Assembly (NCBI GenBank): GCA_016748015.1
Contig: JAAOMT010000617.1
Location: 974,693 to 1,038,692, forward strand
Length of the DNA stretch: 64,000 nt
Reading direction: 5' to 3'
From: Geosiphon pyriformis uo1
Lineage: Eukaryota > Fungi > Glomeromycota
Part shown: positions 50,552 through 64,000 of the stretch, in pieces
Numbering within the stretch: the first letter of the stretch is position 1
Layout of the letters: each line of letters starts with the position of its first letter
The notes under the pieces: model-generated
Databases searched by the model: none
Told to the model about the DNA's origin: nothing
What the model saw: only the letters and a program-made list of their open reading frames with translations
Made by a program: the position numbers and the translations under genes

Positions 50552-52388
50552 TAAGAAGAAGATTTAGAAGATGTACTGCCAGCCAAAATTAAACCATCAA
50601 ATCTTGCTGTAAGACTTAAAACTGAAACAGAAAGTCCTTCCAACATGTTTTTTAATTTTTTTACTTCAGGAGAAGCAGAAAAGTCTGAAGTCATAGCAGT
50701 TTCATTATTTGTGGCCTCACCCAAACTCTTTCCTATTACTACATTACCCATCCAATTCTGTGATGAAAGGGTTACCGGCAGCTGACATCTAGGGCTAGAC
50801 TGGAAAACTGTCAGCATGAATGAATCCAATCTTTTAGCCAATTCATTAATTTGTCCCATGAGGCTGGCAAGACTGCTTTCCAAAACAGCAAACCTTTTAT
50901 CAACATCATTCATATCAGAGAGGGTAGGCTTCATCTCTAAAGAGAAGCCAGAATTGACTAACACTTTTTGCATAGAGAGAGAGGGAAAAACATTTCTACT
51001 AGCAATTTTTGCCCAAGACACTCCACCAAAAGCAACAGGACGAGCAATCAGAGCCAAATGCTTGGCATAGATGATTGCCAACCTGTCTTTATCCATGTTT
51101 GAGAAAGGTTTGTGAGAAGGTTTCCCAGAGGAGAGATTCCCATTTATAGCACAGCCCAAAGATATATGACCCAATTTCTCACACTCAGCACATTTAGAAG
51201 AACTCAAAAAAGACCAATGCATATTTACACCCCTTAAAACTGGAGTAGTTCCCATAATAGCATTCAAGGAATCAGCCAATTCAAAACAAACAACAGTGCA
51301 TCTGGTCTGAGCATACATAACAAAATGATGATCTATTGCACATGTTTTTCTATCCACAGAGCCAATGTAATCTCAGATGTTATGAGCAGTTGTTCCTATT
51401 GGCAGAGTATAGAGCAAAGCCCTATGTTAATCTCTCTTGTCTCACAATTTCTTGTTTTGATCAGTCCTGGTCACATGTATAACATCCTTCCCAATCAGAA
51501 TAGACCAACAAGCTGCAACTAAATTAGCCTGTTCACTCTTACTAAATTCAACTATAGTCTTCTGCCAAAAACCCACCAACTGCATTTTGATTGACATCAT
51601 TACACCAAAACCAGATAACACAGTGTGTACAGTCTCAATTGATGTTCCAACAGGAATTTCCTTTAATACCACAGCCTGATCTGAATGCTCAGATGATTTT
51701 TTGAGATTGGAGTTTACCAAGATCTTTGCCTCTTTAGCCTTTTTAGAAGCCTGCATCAAACTCAATTTAGAAATAAACATTGCTCTAATGATCTCAGCAA
51801 ATTTTGAGAGGGTAAAAGCCCCTCAAAACCATTGATTTTTGAAAACAACTTTCTAACTACCACAAGTTTTTTTTGAACAGATTTTCCAACAACATTGTCC
51901 AAACTAATGTCTAAAGCAAAAGATTTCCTAACAGAAACATTAACCAAGTTCTTCAAAGAAGAAGGGAAAACCACAGATTTGTCTAACAATATATCATCAT
52001 TATCATTACCCAAGAAGTTAATTTTTCCCAGTGGCTTTTCCAATACCTTTTTGGTAATAGTTTTTGAATTTTTAGGTGTTTGTTCCAGATTCTCCTCAGT
52101 AAAAGCCCCACCTTCTCCATAATCAAAGCTGGTTTCTTCTACCAAACACTCCTCTTTCATGTCCACACTATCAGACTCAGTGGTATCACCAGTCTCAGAA
52201 CTTCAAGAACAGTCATTTAACACTTTAGCAATAGCAAATTTCTGATTACTAATGTTATCTTCCAAAGCATCACCTCTTCTCTTCTTCCTAGGTTCAGCCG
52301 ACTTAAAACCAATGTTAAAACTAAGTTTCATAATAGACTTGTTTAGAACAGCAATACTAGGGCCAACAGTGGCCTCATAATTAAGCAA
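50551..52388 (-). pseudogene. LINE-D ORF1, disrupted
   Basis: Homologous to 18960-20801. Knuckle CAECEKLGHISLGC. Confidence 0.88.
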
Positions 52389-53589
52389 AAATGATTTGAA
52401 TTTAGCATGCTGAATGGTGAAAAACTTTTTTTAGAAAAATATTTGGCTCTATTTTGGGAATTTGGAATAAATGAGAGAAAGAAGTTTTATCAGTCTTTGA
52501 ATTAATATTAAATTAATGTTAAAAATTTTGTATTTTTTTTGATATTAGATTTAATAATTTGTTTATTTAATAATATTTTTTATATGTTTAATATTATTAA
52601 AATTTTTGGTGTTTTTTTTAAGTTATATAAATTTTGTTTTTTTTTAAACTTAAATAATAATATTATTACTATTAACATATAATATAATTTAAATTAGTCT
52701 AAATAATTGGTTATATATAATAAACATAAATCAAATTTAGTTTAAAATACTTAATTATTATATTGTTTTAAATAATAATTATATTTTATTTAAAATTACT
52801 AATTTTTTTATAACAACTTTTTTAAAAATACTAATATTTTTCTTAATATTTAAAAAATATTTATTAATTTTATAATTAAAATAATTAAGAAACCAATAAA
52901 TTTAACAATAACTTAATTAATAAAACTAGATTAATCGATTTAAATTTCAAAAAAACTAATTTAAAACTAATTATAAAATTAATACCAATAATAAAAAAAT
53001 CCAAAAAAGTAACAATTTTTATACATAATTTTATATTAATAAAATAATTTATAAAAATATTAAATTTAATTACAAATTTTAATAAAAACTTAATAAAAAT
53101 ATGTTAATACTTAAAACAACATTGATAATTAAAAGTTTTTATTATATATAACTCTTTTTAAAATATAAGTTTAATAATAATAGTATTTAAATTTTTATAA
53201 AAACCAAAAGTAATAATAATATATTTTAATTATTATTATAAATAAATATATTAAAGTTATAATTTGTAAATTAGTGTTAAAATTTTAATATATTATCTAA
53301 ATATTTTGTTAAATTTAAAAATTTTAATAATAAAATACTTTATATAAAAAACAAATATTTAAGATTTAATAATTAATAATATGTTATTTTTTATTTTTTT
53401 GGCATAATAATTCACAATTATAGTTTTTTAAATTTTAAAACTATTTAAGTTTCTTTATTATAACAAAAAATCAGTAAATTAACAATAATTTAACATTTAA
53501 AAACAATAATAACAATACTATTTTTTCTGGTATTATTTTTTTATTTAACTTAAAAATAAAACCAAAAAGTTACTATTTAATAAAATTAT

Positions 53590-54320
53590 TTTAAATTTGA
53601 ATAAATTAATTATAGTTATATATATTAATATTAATAAAAGTATTATTATGAAACAAATTATAAACTAATTAAGTAGCTAAATTAATTAAGTTATTAACAT
53701 ATATATTACTATTATTAATAGAGTTATAAAAACTTTAATTGGCAAAATTAATAAATTTTTTTGAATTTAATAGTATTATTGTATTTATTAAAGTTTTTAT
53801 TATAAAAATTATTTAATATTAAGAATTTATTAATTATAATTAACTGTTTAAAACCAATACTATATTTAACTAGAATACTTAAAATCTTTAATTAAATTAT
53901 AATAAATATATATATATTAACAATATATAATTATTTTAAAACTATTATAAATAAAATATCTCTTATTAAATTAAATAAAAAAAACTTATAATTAAAACTT
54001 ATTAAGTTTTGTGAATTAATAATAACAAAAATAGTTTGTTATTGCTGTTTAATTATAAAGACAAAAAAAAAACCCCCTAAATTAATACTTTTATAAACAA
54101 TTTATTAATTTTTTATAAATATTGTTAATACTAATATTAACAAAAAAACAAAAGCAAAAACTTTTTAATTTGAATACTTAATTTTGTAAATATTGTTTTA
54201 TTTATGTTAATTCTAATATTATAACAAGTATAATCTTATTTATAATTTATTATTATGTATTTTTTATTTAATTTTCAAAATTAACAAGCCAATCAACAAT
54301 AATAAATATTAATTAGAATT
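53590..54320. repeat. Ultra AT-rich dispersed repeat, uninterrupted copy
   Basis: Contiguous match to 2870-2921, then 14264-14700, then 18020-18215. Confidence 0.75.
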
Positions 54321-56150
54321 AAAAATAGATTTTAATTTAAATGCTGCTTTTGAATTTAAAGAAAATTTAAATATTATTTTTAATATTAAACAATATATTG
54401 TGCTTTTAAACTTATTAAAAAAACAAAAACCAAATAATTTAACAAAAACAATAAAAACATTATATCTAAAAAAGCTTATAATACAAATATTAAATTTGAT
54501 TTAAAATACTTTAAACAAACTTTAATAGTTTAGAACTCTATTTTTTTATTAATATAAATTTAAAACTAGTAATAAAAATTTTAAAACAATTATAATATAA
54601 TTAATATTGAGATTTAGTTTGATAAAAAAAGAAATCAGTACAAAAAAAAATAATTAACACAGAATATATAAAAAATATTATTATTATATTACAAAATAAT
54701 TCAAAAAAAGTCTATAAAATTAAACCAAAAAAAATAACACAAATTATATTTTTGTTTTTAGGTAAAATAACTTAATTAATATAAGTAAAAACAAGAAAAA
54801 AATTAAAAATAACAACAAAAAAATTAATAAATTTAAATCTATTAATAGAATTAATATATTAATAAATATTAAAAAAAAATTATTAATTAGAAAAAAATTA
54901 TTTCTATTAATTATATTGTTTTTATTTTATTATACTATTATTATTTATTAAATATCTTTAAAAATTAAAAATTAGGTTTAAATTTTCAAAACAAAACCAA
55001 AAAAATGGTAAATCTATTAATATTATTATTAACATATATATACTAGCTAAAAACTACAAAAATATTAAAATTCTAATTCATAATAATATTAAAAATTATG
55101 TAGAAATTTTAATTAATATAATTATTAAATATTTAAATTAAAAACCAAAACATTAATATATATTTTAAATTTTACATAATTATGTATATAAATTTTATAT
55201 TACAAATTTAAATTAAAAAATATATTATTTATATTAACCAGAATAATTAAAAAAATCAATTTAAAAAATTTAAATCTATTATAAAAAATATAATTTAAAG
55301 TATCATTTAACCAAAATACTAATATTTTTATAAGTAAAAATAAGATTAAAAAAACAAATATTATTCAATATTAAATTAAAACCAAAAATATTATGTTAAT
55401 TAAACAAAAAGCATATTAAATATCATTAACAAACTACAAAATTATCTAATAAAAAATTAATTAAATATTAAATAATAAATTAATCTAATTATTTATAAGT
55501 TTATATTTATTATAAATAATATTAGTTTAAAAAAAAATAAAAAATTCAGTTTTGTGTAAACTACAAAAAACTTAATAATATTACTTATAATAATAATTAT
55601 CTAATTTTATAAATTTAAACTTATTTGGTAAAAAAAATAATTTTTATATTAAATTTAAACAATAATTATTAACAAGTAATTATAAATTTAAATAAAAAAA
55701 AACTATATTTATTACTTATAAAAAAAATTTTAAATTTAATATAATATTATTTAACTTGATTAATATACTGGTGTTATGGATAAACTGGATAGGATATGGT
55801 AATAACATTTAGTGCTTTATTTTAGGGTTATCTTTCAAAGTTATCTGTATTTTCCACTGTGTTAATATTATTAGTCTCTGAAGATCTATTTCTGGATGTG
55901 AATTTATCTGTTGAGTTCTTTGGTTATAAGGGACAAAATTTGTTTTTTGTCAATTGCAATATTTTCCACAAATGTGAGCTTTCTTTTTTACACTAATAAG
56001 TGCAGTCATTAGGGTCTAGCATTGTCTTTTCACTCTTTTAGTAAGCTACCAAAATAACATTAATATCCAAAACTTAGAAGGAGCTTCTCTTTTTTACCAG
56101 GTTATCATGAAGTTTATTCCAAGACAGTCAATTTTTCTATGTTGCTGCTC

Positions 56151-56151
<1 letters not shown>

Positions 56152-56216
<65 letters not shown>
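56152..56216. repeat. A65 homopolymer inside the Gypsy-3 LTR
   Basis: Read directly. Occupies the position of the A-rich purine stretch seen in the other LTRs. Confidence 0.9.
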
Positions 56217-56218
<2 letters not shown>

Positions 56219-56540
56219 ATTTTCATCAATTGCTGTGATCAAGAGCAATTGGTCCAAATTGTTACAGTTTGAGATGTTTATGCTAATGGCATCTGTCCTA
56301 AAACAAAGGTAGAAAATACTGATTTCAATTTTTTTAATTGAAATTTGTAATATTAGAAAACATAAATTAGTAAATTGGATTTTTTTTTTTGGTTTTGATA
56401 TTTATTGTATTTTGGACTATGGATATATGATAAGTATAATACCAAGTAAAATTGATTGCTAACTAACTGTTTTTTCAACTTCTACAACTACTTGTTTTTA
56501 TACATTTTTTTGGTTTTACAGAATTGCTTTCAATTGTTTC

Positions 56541-56620
56541 ACTATTGCTAACTATTGCTCGTTATTACTAGCTATTGCTCGTTATTGCTAGCTATTGCTC
56601 ATTATTGCTAGCTATTGCTC
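56541..56620. repeat. 20-bp tandem repeat (about 4 copies) in Gypsy-3 U3
   Basis: Unit gttattgctagctattgctc. Confidence 0.85.
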
Positions 56621-56738
56621 ACATTTGTCTTATGTTACCTCGAGTTGTACCACATTTTTTTTGTCATGTTTTTTTGTCATGTTTTCCCATAGCTTTTTGG
56701 TTTTTTTACTCAGATAATATTATCTCTCTCTTTTAAAA

Positions 56739-57260
56739 TTAAGCTTCTGCAAAATCATCTATCTCAGCTAAGTTTGTGTTTTCCATAAAGAACTCAAATG
56801 TTGCCCCCAGTATTGCTTTTTGTAGAACTTCAAATTGGGTGTTTGTTATTTGTCTTATATTGTTAACTGTAACAGTTTTCAAAGTTTTGTCTAGTAGTAC
56901 TATTAGATAGTATTTAAATGTTGAATATAGTTGGTATATTGCTTTGTAGTATAAGTTTAAGTTGTTTCTTCCCATGAATTCTTTTACTTGTTTGCAGGCT
57001 TCTTTGTTGATTATTTGATGGTTGAGGTCTTTATATAGGCTATTTAATTCTAATTATAACCTAATTTTAAATAGCCAATAGATGAATGGAAGTTTCTTTT
57101 TCTATTTTTTCGCATTTTCAGGTGTCTATTCTTTTGTTATTGGCTCCAGTGTTTGCCTGTTCAGACTGTTTTTTATTTCCTCAATTTTTATCTGACACAG
57201 TTCCATTTCTGTCACCTTCCTCTTCTCCTTAGCTGTGTCAGGTTTTATCTACACCATATC
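56739..57260 (-). pseudogene. ORF3 of Gypsy-3, unknown function
   Basis: ...VKEFMGRNNLNLYYKAIYQLYSTFKYYLIVLLDKTLKTVTVNNIRQITNTQFEVLQKAI...* ending at the PPT. Start position approximate. Confidence 0.7.
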
Positions 57261-57546
57261 TTTTTTTTTTTCATAGGAAGAGGTTTGCTTGTAAGGGTGG
57301 GACAGCTTAGTTCTAGTTGAACTCTCGTCCACCCTTTTCTTGCTCCTATCCCTGTATTGTATCTTTTTTTTATCAATTGTGATTTCTATTTGAGTGGAAG
57401 ATTGTTGAATTGTATCAAACAGTTGTTTTAAAAGTTGTAGAATTTGATCTGAAAGGTTTATGTTGAAAAAAGTTCTATTATTTTCTCATTGTTTTTTGGG
57501 TGGTATATATACTTGAATTTCCCAATTTAATTTGCTATGTGTTGTC

Positions 57547-60500
57547 TACATTTCAATAATAATGATTGGTTTCAGATCTTGTGGTATATCTTCTGGTCTG
57601 ATTAATAGAATTTGTGTTCCTAGTTGATTTACTGATGATGATAACTGTTGTTTTACATAATAAATTTTTAATCAATTCCTATGAGCTACTTTCTTTAAAA
57701 TTTTGTCTTTCAATTGTAATTTGTAAGCTCCATTTCCTAAAGCTTTGTGTATGTGGAATAAGCCATCCCACTTTGGGTTGAAGTTTCTACTTCATTGTTT
57801 CTCCACTTTTATATGATGTAATAGTACTTGGTCTCCAATCTTAAATTCTATTGGTTGTTTAAGTAAGTGATTGTTATGTCTTTTTTTTTGTCATTCTTGA
57901 GCATTACTGATATTATTAGCTGCTGTTCTATGATTGTTTTCTAATGTTTCTATTAACTGGTATGTTCTTTAACATAAGATAGCTTCAAAATTTTCTTCAT
58001 TAATAGTTTCTGTTGAGTAAGATGCTATTTCTTGTTCAATAGATAACATTGCTTTTCTTTCATAAACTAATTTGAATGGTGTAAACTGTGTTGTATTTTG
58101 CTTTAATGTTCGATATGCAAAGAGTACAAAAGGTATAAATAAGTCTTATTTTTGTTTGTTTTCATAACTTATTTTTGCCAATGCTTTACATAATGTTCTG
58201 TTAAACTATTCCACCAGTTCATTTGTTTGTGGGTGATATAGTGACAATAGAAGTTGTTTTATACCAAAACATTGACTCAATTCAGTTAATGTAGTATTGA
58301 CAAAATGTGTTTTTTGGTCTGATAACAGTTTTTTTAGGCATTCATGTCTGCATATTAGATCTTAGTATATGAATTCAGTTACTGTTTTAGCATTAGTTAC
58401 TTGGATTGCTCTGGCTTCTGGCCATTTTGTAAGGTAGTTTACAGCTATTACAATGTAATGATTTCCTTTGGATACAATTAAGAGAGGACCAACCAAATCA
58501 ATCCCAATTCTATCAAATGGATTTTCAACTGGAATAGATCGAAGTGGTTCCATTATTCTGGCTCCTTCTCTTCACTGACATAAGTCACAATTGAGAACAT
58601 ATTTGAAGATATTCTTATACATCATAGGCCAATAGTATAGATTTGTTGTTCTTTTCAGAGTTGCATCTTTGTTAAAGTGTTTTACAGTTAAGTCAGAATA
58701 CATACTATATAATATAGCTTCTTTTTTACTGTCCTTGATCAATCATTGTAAAATGGTGTGGTTTCATTGTTTTTGATGATAGAGTTGGTCATTTTGAATA
58801 AAGTAATTTTGCACTTGTTTCTGTATAGTATTTTGTTCCTGTTGAGATAATATCTCCTTAAAATGTAGTGTTAATAGGTATTGATGTAATCGCTAATAAG
58901 TAAGTGTGTTCATGGATCCAAGATTAGGTTTGTGGCATCTTTGACAAACTGTCAGCATTGGTGTTCTTGGATCCTTTTTTGTAATGAACTTTGAGTGAAA
59001 ATTGTTGCAATAAGTACTCCATCTTACATATTTTTTTTTCAGTTGTGGATTATTAAGTAACTAAATGAGTCCCTTATGATCAGTATATAGGTCAAATAGT
59101 TGTCTAAGATAGTATTTCTATGTTTGTATGGTCCAATAAATAGCAAGACATTTCAAATCTGTTGCACTATATATTTTTTCTGTTGAACTGGTACTGCAAC
59201 TGGCATAGACAATTGGATATTCTCTTCTGTTTAGTCCTATTTGTGATAATACAGCTTCTAGTGCATTTTTTGATGCATCTGTAGTGACAATAAATCATTT
59301 AGTGAAGTCAGAATAGATCAGTATTGGAGATGTAATTAATCACTGTTTAAAATAGTCAAAGACCTTTTGTTGCTCTTTTTTTTATAGGTACAACATGTAT
59401 TTCAACAACAAGTAATGAAGGGGTTTTGCAATAGTTGAGAATCCTTTGACAAATCAGCAGTAGTATCCAGCCAATCCTAAAAATCCTCATAGCTCTTGTA
59501 GGTTGATTGAGGCTGGAAAATCTTTGATCTTTTGGATTTTGTCTGGGTCAGGTTTTACTTTATCTTTGCCAATCACATATTCTAAGAATTTCAGTTTGGT
59601 TTTCCCGAAGAAGCATTTATCAGGGTTGAGTTTCAATCTAGCATCTTAAAAACATTCGAAAACTTGTTGCAAGTAGAGCAAATGTTTGTCAAATGTTTCT
59701 GAGAAAACATTGGTGTCATCCAAGTATACTACAACTGATTTCCATAAGATTCTTTTATACATAACATCCATGAGACATTAGAAAGTAGTAGGAGTATTAC
59801 ACAGTCCAAAAGACATCACATTGAATTCAAAATTTCTATCTTAGGTGGTGAATGCTATTTTCCCTTTGTCTTTTGGGTCCATTTTGACTTGTCAATATCC
59901 ACTGGCTAGATCTAGTGATGAGAACCATTTTTTCTTTCCTAAGTTGTCTAGGATTTTTTGGATAAGAGGAGTAAGATAGCTATTTTCTCAGGTAATGCTA
60001 TTTAATTTTTGGTAATCTACACAGAATCATATCTTTCCGTTTTTTTTTGTGACTAAAACCACTGGAGAGGACCAAAGGCTTAATGATTCTTTAATTAGTC
60101 TATTGTCAAGCATTTATTGTACTTCCTGTTTAATCAGATTATTGCCAAATAGGAGTAGTCAATAAGCTTGCTGCTTAATAGGTCGAGCATCTCCAGTGTC
60201 AATCTGGTGTTTTACAATGTCAGTGTGTCTGAACTCATTTTTACTGACAAAGACATTGGCATATTGGTTCAATAGAATCTTAAGTTGTATTTGTTGTAAA
60301 GTGTTCAGGTTTCCCAAATTGAATTTATTGATTTTTTCTGACATGAACAAGTAACTTTTTTTTGGCAGGTTTTATACTTGTGAAGTAATGTCATAAAACA
60401 AGAACAATTGAGCAAAATCTGGAATGAGTTGGAGTTTTTCTGGATTCTAAATATTTGAAAATATGGAACCAACAAGAATTTTTTTAGAAATTTTGATAAT

Positions 60501-63500
60501 GGTTTTGGTCAAATTGTGGATGGGAATTTTGAAGTGTTTATGAACTTTGGCTGATAAGTATAGATTAGCAATGTCGGCTAGTAAGCAGATCTTGGGATCA
60601 GCCTTGAAGACTAGTGCTTGGTTCTGAATCCTCCAGTCAACTTTGAGAATGTATGGCCAATAAAAAAGGATGGAAATGATGATGTTAGTGTAGATAAGTT
60701 TTACCTGGTCACTATTCTCCTTCATAAAATTGATCATTACGTTCCCTTTTTTACTTGAGCCAAACCTATTGATTCCTCAAGCTGTAAGACCTAATTCTTT
60801 TTAGGTGGTAACTGGGGCTAGTTGGGGTATTTTGACTAAAAATAGAAAGATGGGCTTGGATGATTTTTTCATGAAATTCAATCTTGTAGGGTTTGTCTGA
60901 ATTGTTCTGCAGCATCACAATGATGTTTCCCATATAGCCAGCATCAATAATTCTTTTTTTTTACATTAATTTCTTTCTTTGCAAGGCTCAATCTAAACAC
61001 TACTTGTACCATAGTGCTAACAGAAATTTCTAGTGCTATTTTAAGATCTATTTTTACCAGAAAATATGGGGCTATAACTATGAATGATTGTCCAGAGTAT
61101 CTTAAGTCAAAACTTGCATTAGTCTCATGTGCTTTTTCTGAGCATATTTTTTTGTGGTTGTTACTATACCATTTTAATTCTAATTTTTTGGAGAGATTAG
61201 GATATGTGAGATATTGTTCTATTTTGGTAGTCTGATTCAGCTTTTGAAATAACATGTTCCTGGCAAGTAATTTCTCTTCTTCCTCAGGCTCAAGTAATTT
61301 GGTGATTAGATATAGGATTCTGGGAGATAAATTGAACATGAGATCACACTTGTTACAGTATTAAAAGTGGCAAGGAATTAAGCAGTAATTGCATAGTTTG
61401 GTATTTAGATCAACTAACCACTGTTTTTTCTCTTTTTGGATTGGGGCCAATTCTTAATATCAGTTCTAAAATACATCAGAGTCATCTATGATAAAATCAT
61501 CCATAAAATAGTCAGATCCATTATATTCGGGTGTTCAAGGGTTGTCCTTGATTTCTCGTATTTTTTTGGACATGGCATCTTTGGCTTTGGCACTTGTCAT
61601 TCTTCAGATTTCATGATCATTGTGTGGATAACTGTCCAGCTTATTGAGTGCTTGTTTCTAAGCATTCTTAATAGGGATTCCTTTTTGTACCCAATTGTTG
61701 ATTAATATGGTGTACTGACAAGTTTCATCACATGTTTTTCCTCTGCCAGGCATATCATTCCAAAGTCTTTTATTGGGCAGAATCTTGCCACATGCAAAGC
61801 ACGGCATGTTGTCCCACTTGCTTTATCGTTTTGGTTATCCAAATCTTTCCAGTAAACAAGGTCTGCAGTAGTATTTGGTAGTGGTGAGCCATTCTTTGTT
61901 GTCTCTAATACATGCACCCATAATGGATAGCTTCTTTCCACAATTGACATATATTAGTCTTAAAGGTTGGTAAAATAGATTTCTTTGGTTTGAGGTTACA
62001 TATCTTAGTGATGACAATTGGGATTTTTCTTTGGCTCTGCCTTTTCTTTTTTCTTCCCAGATTGGTAGTGGAGATAGTTTAGTTTGATAATCATCTGCCC
62101 ATAAAACCTGATAGATCTTGATGGTCAGTGGTAGTGATGTGTCTTTAAATTTAATAAGGGGTTCCTTAATATGTTGAGTTTTAAAGTATCTGCATGTAGC
62201 TAGAACTCAGGCATACTGTCTGTTAAACATGAGTTGAAGTTTTTGGGTATTCCAGTTGAGAGTAGCATTGGCTTTCAACAACCAATTATTTTCTACCAGA
62301 GCTTGATATTAAGTAGCTTCCATAACAAGTACTTTGGTAGGGATTTAGATTCCATTAATTTTGAAGAAGAAGTTGTCAATTTCTTCTATTGGAGTTTTTG
62401 TGTTTCTATCTGTTGTAATAATCCGAGCAGTAGCAGTATGGTCTACTTGGTAACTTAATTGGTCCATGAGCTGCTTTATGTTACTGGCTGATCTACTATT
62501 CAGAATTAATTTAATGTCTATTTTTCCAACTTTGGCATTGGTATATAGGGTCATTATTAGTTTATCCTGATTGATGGCTGCTCCACTAAAAAGACTATGG
62601 GTGTTCAAATTATTAATGTCAAAAAAAAATATGGTGGCTAGGGTGGTGTCCTCAATAATAGTGGCTGGTGAAATATTGCTTTTTGTTTGTTTAGAAGATT
62701 GGGAGATTTGTTTTACATTCCTCTCTTCCATAGATGTAGATTTATCAAAATTCTGGTCTTTCATAAGACCAAGATAGGAAGCTTGATTCGGGTATCCAGT
62801 TGGTACTAGTCAAAATTGGGCAGGACTGCAAAAGATTGGTCAGGACAGTCTACTGTTGGTTTGTGCCTAATTGTTGTTGGAATTTCTTCATCCCTGATTA
62901 TAGTCTATGGCTCAAGGTCTGGACTGGCTAAAAGGAGAAGTTTGATAGTGAAGGATTGCTTGTATTATTAGTAGTAGTTAATAATAATTCTGGGGTGATG
63001 ATTGAGTATATGGGACTTGTTGTGCATACTGGAGTGGTTGATTTTAAAAGATGAAATATTGGGATACCAAGTTTTGCTAATATCTTGGTTGCTGGTATTG
63101 GTTTCTTGATTTTGGTTCATTATTTTCTTTCTGCAGTTACAGGCAATATGTCCAGGTTTCTGGCAGTAGTAACAGTTGTGGGGATCAGATCTCTAAGGTT
63201 GTTGTTGTTGCTAATGGTTCTGTTGCTGTAAGTATCTGCTGTTGTTGTTATTTTCTTTCCATTGTAATAGTTGGTAAGTTCCTACAGTTCTGGCTAAGAA
63301 TTTCTTAATCTTCTGAGTTAATTTTTCACTTAATTGGATTATCTTTGTGTCAATGTTAGAGGTTCTATTAATGGCCAAATTAACAGCTTGGATATGATTT
63401 GCTTCTTGTTCTGCAAACTCAAAATTACAAGTGAGAACAATGGCGTCTTGTAAATTGGTCAGATGACGAGATCTTATAGATCTTAGAATACTGCTCTACA

Positions 63501-64000
63501 ATTCTTTAATGAATTGATTAAGAACTTGTACTGTGATATAGTAGTCCTTTTTGATAGCTAATATTTGATAAAAAATTTGATTGAATTATTCAAGATAAGT
63601 AGTTACTGCTTCATAATCTTTTTGTTTAATTATGCTGAATTGATTCTGCAATTGAATTAAAGTATTGGGGTTGCAAAAGTATTATAGAAAGGCAAGCTTA
63701 AAGGTGTTAAAGTTGGTTGGTTTTTTTGCAAGGCTTTGATACCACGAGTTTACAGTTCTAGTTAGAAAGAATGGCAGTGCTTGAATAACTCTATCATCAT
63801 CTTAGTTGTTAGTGGTGATTGCTTTTTCAGCTTCCACAATTCACAAATATGCATTGTTTTTTTCCCCTGAGAATTTTTCTAACTTAGCAATATCTTGGTA
63901 AGTCATAATCTGGTTGATGGGTAGAATGTTACTGGTTGCATTTAAGGGAATTGGTGTCTGCATATTTAAGTGTTTTCTGGGTGCTAATACTGGTTGTTTT
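57547..64000 (-). pseudogene. Gag-Pol polyprotein of Gypsy-3 (partial)
   Basis: Protease KLILNSRSASNI (62345-62764), Cys-rich (61835-62017), dUTPase AHETNASFDL (60944-61339), pre-RT (60159-60350), integrase PFDRIGIDLVGPL (58362-58553). Confidence 0.9.

Larger units (their letters stand above)
45737..52488 (-). mobile_element. Full-length non-LTR retrotransposon (LINE-D)
   Basis: Poly(T) at 45737-45746, family 3'UTR, ORF2, ORF1 and 5' motif. Possible TSD core TTTGAATTAAT at 45727-45737 and 52496-52506. Confidence 0.93.
55772..56719 (-). repeat. Putative 3' LTR of Gypsy-3
   Basis: TGTTAT...ATAATA termini. Shares blocks with the other LTRs (gttgagttcttt, gtgatcaagagc). The partner LTR is not in the window. 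Confidence 0.78.
55772..64000 (-). mobile_element. Ty3/Gypsy LTR retrotransposon (Gypsy-3), 5' part beyond the window end
   Basis: 3' LTR 55772-56719, PPT complement at about 56722-56735, then ORF3, IN, RH, RT, dUTPase, Cys-rich region, protease, CCHC (CYYCQKPGHIACNC) and gag. More diverged from Gypsy-1 and Gypsy-2 than they are from each other. Confidence 0.92.

Noticed and set aside
52500-55770. Ultra-AT DNA as decayed rDNA or a mitochondrial insertion
   Set aside because: I could not recognise any conserved rRNA, tRNA or mitochondrial gene motif.
55800-55830. taacatttagtgcttt as the LTR end plus PBS of a fourth, plus-strand Gypsy
   Set aside because: No plus-strand LTR upstream and no gag downstream. 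It lies within the minus-strand Gypsy-3 LTR and is better explained as the U5 anti-PBS arm.
56152-56216. Poly(A) tail of a retroposed insert
   Set aside because: The sequence on both sides matches LTR blocks, there is no LINE 3'UTR upstream, and no TSD is evident.

Overview
Gene-free, very AT-rich eukaryotic heterochromatin-like window built almost entirely from nested, pseudogenised transposable elements. The proteins resemble repeats of Glomeromycotina fungi (Geosiphon-like); this assignment is from recall and not verified. Contents: (1) three Ty3/Gypsy LTR retrotransposons (2922-14259 minus, 32519-42403 plus, 55772->64000 minus) and one solo LTR (28091-29124). The Gypsy elements encode a single gag-PR-Cys-rich-dUTPase-RT-RH-IN polyprotein plus a conserved, unidentified ORF3 that ends at the PPT. 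(2) Four copies of an APE-RT-RNaseH LINE family: two full length and two 5'-truncated. (3) Two copies of an ORF1-only element with its own divergent RRM/zinc-knuckle protein. Copy 1 shows the LINE 5' terminus, and copy 2 shows the LINE 3' stem-loop and tail with no ORF2, so this is a candidate non-autonomous 'half-LINE'. (4) One Tc1/mariner transposon inserted in a gag gene. (5) Extremely AT-rich spacers, parts of which are copies of one ancient repeat. All ORFs are broken by C>T/G>A-derived stops. No host protein gene, RNA gene or CRISPR array could be supported.
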